NCBI RefSeq assembly: GCF_009914755.1
Contig: NC_060940.1
Reading direction: 5' to 3' (one strand)
From: the human T2T-CHM13v2.0 reference genome, Homo sapiens
Length of the DNA stretch: 64,000 nucleotides
Under the pieces are notes generated by a model. The model did not search any database. It had not been told where the DNA came from and was given only the letters and a program-made list of their open reading frames with translations. Both the position numbers and the translations under genes were made by a program. Below are positions 56,421 through 64,000 of this stretch, piece after piece (position 1 is the stretch's first letter; each line of letters starts with the position of its first letter).

Positions 56421-56813
56421 GCCCTGCACAGACATTTGTATAGTAACATGTTTCGAGATTTTTTAAATTTCCTAGAATATAAGAAAATCAAAATTTTTAT
56501 TAATATGTGTTCAATAAATGTTTTAGTAAAAAAAAGTGTTTTTGTTACATTTGAAACTATTCAGAGTAGATGAACTGAAAGTCTTGGTTAAAAGTGTTCA
56601 AGGCCGGGTGTGGTGACTCATACTTGTAATCCCAGCACTTGGGTAGGCTGAGGTGGGCAGCTCACTTGAGGCAAGTAAAGACCAGCCCAGGCAACATGGC
56701 GAAACCCTGTCTCCTCAAAAACTGAAAAATTAGTGGATATAGTGGTGCACACCTATAGTCCCAGCTACTCAGATGGCTGGATTGCAGGAGCCTGGGAGGT
56801 TGAGGTGCAGTCA

Positions 56814-57504
<691 letters not shown>

Positions 57505-58297
57505 TCAAACTGTGTTACCAGAAATGTTGAAGTTATTTCTGTGTTTGATGGAAGGTTGAACTAGATAAACTTTCTAAGAGCCTTTACTGTTCTGATCTGT
57601 GACCTTAAATCCCTGTCTGTAAGCTGTGACCATGGATTTGTTGATATCTATCCTGTGAATCTGTTCTGGATTTCAGGTGGTATGACTATTGTAATACTTA
57701 AGGATCTCTTGCTCATAAAGCATTGGGGATTCTGTTTTTCCCTCGATGTTATGTATTCCCCTACTCTTTTAGACTCCAAGAAGTTAGATTCTAGGCTGGA
57801 GCAGACCGAAGAGGTGAAGCCCTTAAAGGAAGAACTTGTATGGAGTTAAACGTAGATAGATATTTTTTGTGACAGGGTCTCGCTTTGTTGCCCAGGCTGA
57901 AGTGCATTGGTGGGATCTCAGCTCACTGCAACCTCTGCCTCCTGGGTTCAAGCCCGAGTTCTCATGCCTCAGCCTCCTGAGTAGCTGGGATTACAGTCAC
58001 CCGCCATCACGCCCAGCTAATTTTTGTGTTTTTAGTAGAGACAGGGTCTCATCATGTTGGCCAGGCTGGTCTTGAACTCCCGACTTAAAGTGATCCACCT
58101 GCCTCAGCTTCTCAGAGTGCAGGGACTACAGGTGTGAGCCACCATGCCCTGCCGTAGTTAAACATTTTTGATCTGCTAGGCTAATTGAAACTTTGGCTTA
58201 AAGCATTGATTATCTTTCAACCCCAGCCTTGCATTGCTAAGCATTCTACCCATTGCGGCTTGTAGCTAGCTCCCTGTATCCCTTCATATCTCTTTAG

Positions 58298-58467
58298 GAA
58301 AGTTGCAGACGTTGGCAGTGCTGTTGCGGCAGCTCAAGGCAGAGGGCCACCGAGTGCTCATCTTCACCCAGATGACCCGAATGCTGGATGTATTGGAGCA
58401 GTTTCTCACCTACCATGGCCATCTCTACCTGCGCCTGGATGGATCTACTAGAGTTGAACAGAGACAG
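58298..58467 (+). CDS. SRCAP: SRCAP exon 28 (helicase C lobe, motif IV)
   Basis: GKLQTL..HRVLIFTQMTRMLDVLE..YLRLDGST. Confidence 0.98.
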
Positions 58468-58619
58468 GTAACCCAGGTTTCTGCAGCTCTTAGAGGCTCA
58501 CCTCCGCTTCTCTCTCCTTTTCCCAGGATTTGGGCTTCCAGACGGGGTGCCACTAAGCCTTTAGACCTGTTTTGGGGGATAAGTCTCCCAGTATCATCTT
58601 TTTTTCCCTTTCCTTCTAG

Positions 58620-59026
<407 letters not shown>

Positions 59027-59077
59027 GTACTAAGTAAGATCTTTTAGCCTATGCAGGAGAAAACTGCTGCGCCTTCA

Positions 59078-59407
<330 letters not shown>

Positions 59408-59513
59408 TCAACCAGTGGTACCCCTGACAGTTCCAAGAACCATCAGCCTTACAGCTTAGACCTAAGACTAGCATTCTGTTGACTCTGACACTTCCCTCTG
59501 TTCTATCCGATAG

Positions 59514-59633
59514 CAGACCATCCGAGAGCTGTTTGATATGCCCCTGGAGGAACCTTCTAGCTCATCCGTGCCCTCTGCCCCTGAAGAGGAGGAAGAGACT
59601 GTGGCCAGCAAGCAGACTCATATTCTGGAGCAG
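59514..59633 (+). CDS. SRCAP: SRCAP exon 31
   Basis: QTIRELFDMPLEE..HILEQ; TAGCAG acceptor. Confidence 0.95.
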
Positions 59634-60118
59634 GTAAAAAAAGAGTGGGCAGTTCGTAAAGTTGAGCTGATTCTTACAGAATATCTTGTCTTTTGTTAGT
59701 CTGTTGAGCTTGTCCAGGGGAAAGAGATGTTTCTTCTGCTTCCCAGATTACAGTCAGCCTTTGATAGTTGTAAGCACATTGCTTATTGGTTCACATGATT
59801 AAGTAGGAAAAAAAAACAGGATTTTGGAGTCTTTAGTTTTAGGTTTGAATTCCAGTAATGCTTCTTAATTGTGTTAAGACAAGTTACAATCGTCACTCTT
59901 CTGAACCTCACTTTCTATTAAAAGTAATGTGGGCAGGGCATGGTGGGTAGCTCATGCCTGTAATCCCAGCACTTTGGGAGGCTGAGGCTCCCAGCTGGAG
60001 AGCTCTGAAAACACACAAATGCTCAGACCCAACACCCCAAAATTATGATAGATTTTGAGACAGGGTCAAGGAATAAATCTTTTAAGAACCTTTCCAAATG
60101 TGATTTTATTATGTGTAA

Positions 60119-60452
<334 letters not shown>

Positions 60453-60535
60453 ACAAAGCATTTCTTATATCCACCTCACCATCTAATCCTCAAAATTATT
60501 TCCTTTTCATTAGTATTTCCACTTAAGAGAAGTGT

Positions 60536-60824
<289 letters not shown>

Positions 60825-61208
60825 TGATCTGCCCGCCTTGGCCTCCCAAAGTGCTGCAATTATAGGATTGAGCCACTGCGCCCGGGTGAATTGTGCATTT
60901 TTATTCACATCTTTCTGTGGTGGCTTTTTTTTTTTTTTGAGAGCTGAGGCTGACTTTAAAGGAAGGGAAGTACAGCGAGCAATCTCAAAAATACTCATTT
61001 TTCCCTAGTGGGAGTCCTGGTAAAATCCATTCCATCCTTTGTGGACCACTGAGTTGTTGTGGTAACTCTGGAGGCCTAGGAGGTTGTTGAGTTCTGTTGC
61101 AAACCTAGTTTGGTGTACGCTTGGTCTCAAGTTCTTGCCTGAATCAAATCACAGGATGTAAAGTACTTGAAGTCTCATGTTTTCTTTTTCTTTTATACAC
61201 CCTGGTAG

Positions 61209-61403
61209 GCATTGTGTCGGGCAGAAGATGAAGAGGATATCCGTGCAGCCACCCAGGCCAAGGCTGAACAGGTGGCTGAGCTTGCAGAATTTAATGAGAA
61301 CGATGGGTTTCCTGCTGGTGAGGGAGAGGAAGCTGGCCGGCCTGGGGCTGAGGATGAGGAGATGTCCCGGGCTGAGCAGGAAATTGCTGCCCTCGTAGAA
61401 CAG
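61209..61403 (+). CDS. SRCAP: SRCAP exon 32
   Basis: ALCRAEDEEDIRAATQAKAEQVAELAEFNE. Confidence 0.97.
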
Positions 61404-61522
61404 GTCAGTGCTGGACCCACTAGTTCTTGACTTTACTGCTTCCCCTGGGCTTGTGACCCTCCTTTTGTCTTCCCTGGTGGGAATAAATAAGGGTGGTGGG
61501 GCCCTGGGTACCAGGTTCCTAA

Positions 61523-61909
<387 letters not shown>

Positions 61910-62057
61910 TGACCTCAGGTGACCTGCTGGCCTTAACTTCCCCAAGTGCTGGAATTACAGGCGTGAGCCACCGCGCCTGACCTGGAAGCTGCTAATTTCT
62001 ACTCACTCTCTACTCTGCTTGCCTCCTCCTGACCACTTTTGGACCCTGTTGTTGTAG

Positions 62058-64000
62058 GAGCAAGTGGAAGCTGCCCGCAAAGACCTGGACCAAGCCAAGG
62101 AGGAGGTGTTCCGCCTACCCCAAGAGGAGGAGGAGGGGCCGGGGGCTGGGGATGAGAGTTCCTGTGGGACTGGTGGAGGCACCCACCGGCGCAGTAAAAA
62201 GGCCAAAGCCCCTGAGAGGCCGGGGACTCGTGTCAGTGAGCGTCTTCGTGGAGCCCGGGCTGAGACTCAAGGGGCAAACCACACTCCTGTCATATCCGCC
62301 CATCAAACTCGCAGCACCACCACACCACCCCGCTGCAGTCCTGCCAGGGAGCGAGTTCCCAGGCCAGCACCTAGGCCTCGACCCACTCCAGCTTCAGCTC
62401 CGGCTGCAATTCCTGCCCTTGTTCCTGTCCCAGTTTCTGCCCCAGTACCCATTTCAGCCCCAAATCCAATAACCATTCTCCCTGTCCATATCTTGCCTTC
62501 TCCTCCCCCTCCTTCACAGATTCCTCCTTGTTCTTCTCCTGCCTGCACCCCTCCTCCTGCCTGTACCCCTCCACCAGCTCATACACCGCCTCCAGCCCAA
62601 ACCTGTCTTGTAACTCCTTCCTCTCCTCTCTTGCTTGGTCCACCTTCTGTGCCCATCTCTGCCTCAGTCACTAATCTCCCCTTGGGCTTGAGGCCTGAGG
62701 CAGAGCTGTGTGCCCAGGCATTGGCATCTCCAGAGTCCCTGGAGCTGGCTTCTGTGGCCAGTTCAGAAACCTCCTCACTTTCTCTTGTGCCCCCTAAAGA
62801 TCTGTTGCCAGTTGCTGTGGAGATCCTGCCTGTGTCAGAGAAGAACCTTTCTCTCACCCCTTCTGCACCCAGCCTGACCTTGGAGGCTGGCAGCATCCCC
62901 AATGGTCAAGAGCAGGAGGCACCAGATTCTGCTGAGGGGACCACCCTTACAGTGCTGCCTGAAGGTGAGGAGTTGCCCCTGTGTGTGAGTGAGAGCAATG
63001 GCCTGGAGCTCCCACCCTCAGCAGCATCTGATGAGCCACTTCAGGAGCCACTGGAGGCTGACAGGACCTCGGAAGAGCTGACAGAGGCCAAGACCCCAAC
63101 CTCCAGCCCAGAGAAGCCACAGGAACTCGTTACAGCTGAGGTTGCAGCTCCATCCACCTCATCTTCAGCCACTTCCTCGCCTGAGGGTCCTTCACCTGCC
63201 CGACCTCCTCGGCGTCGCACCAGTGCTGATGTGGAAATTAGGGGTCAAGGGACTGGTCGGCCAGGACAACCACCAGGCCCCAAAGTGCTTCGAAAGCTGC
63301 CAGGACGGCTGGTAACTGTGGTAGAGGAAAAGGAACTGGTGCGGCGGCGGCGGCAGCAGCGGGGAGCTGCCAGCACCCTAGTGCCTGGGGTCTCTGAGAC
63401 TAGTGCCAGCCCGGGAAGCCCGTCTGTCCGCAGCATGTCAGGGCCAGAATCCTCCCCTCCCATTGGTGGGCCCTGTGAAGCTGCTCCTTCATCCTCACTG
63501 CCCACTCCACCCCAGCAGCCCTTCATTGCTCGCCGTCACATTGAGCTGGGGGTGACTGGTGGTGGCAGCCCCGAGAATGGAGACGGAGCACTGCTCGCCA
63601 TCACCCCACCTGCTGTGAAACGTCGGAGGGGGAGGCCCCCCAAGAAGAACAGGTCTCCAGCAGATGCTGGGAGAGGTGTGGATGAGGCACCCTCATCCAC
63701 CTTGAAGGGAAAAACCAATGGGGCTGACCCAGTCCCTGGGCCTGAGACCCTAATTGTTGCAGATCCTGTCCTGGAACCACAGCTTATTCCTGGGCCCCAG
63801 CCTCTTGGACCCCAGCCAGTTCACAGACCCAATCCCCTCCTGTCACCTGTGGAGAAAAGAAGGCGAGGACGACCCCCTAAAGCACGAGATTTGCCCATCC
63901 CTGGGACCATTTCCTCTGCAGGGGATGGCAACTCCGAAAGTCGGACACAGCCACCCCCACACCCATCACCCCTAACCCCACTCCCACCACTGCTAGTTTG
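62058..64000 (+). CDS. SRCAP: SRCAP exon 34 (last exon, truncated by window end); AT-hooks KRRRGRPPK at 63618 and 63855
   Basis: tAG|GAGCAAGTG; frame consistent at c.7303, c.7330 and both GRP AT-hooks. Confidence 0.97.

Overview
Human (primate) genomic DNA. I recognise it from the encoded protein as the SRCAP locus on 16p11.2. Bases 1-22.6 kb are gene-free and dominated by Alu, with old L1/L2/MIR/MER21 remnants and a U6-L1 chimeric retrocopy. A CpG-island bidirectional promoter (~22.9-24.4 kb, with ZNF143, BANP/CGCG, YY1 and DR1/DR4 motifs) drives SRCAP on the + strand and probably a short antisense RNA. I traced all SRCAP coding exons from the ATG at 25806 into the last exon (from 62058, running off the window). 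All have GT-AG ends and one continuous frame: 7008 nt of CDS precede the last exon, which puts the Floating-Harbor CGA codons R2435/R2444 at 62352/62379, both wild-type. Introns hold SNORA30, a second U6 chimeric retrocopy, DNA-transposon relics and a young AluYa5. Almost all ORF-track entries outside SRCAP exons are Alu or microsatellite artefacts. I cannot prove a new biological system. The best unexplained signals are: a stop-free 5' leader with a near-perfect-Kozak GUG giving an 85-aa N-terminal extension; an ATF4-like uORF/overlapping-uORF layout that depends on first-exon choice; a tandem QTLxLAP/TQT repeat array in the ATPase insert; an L1-supplied branch point; and several Alu-to-Alu conversion tracts.
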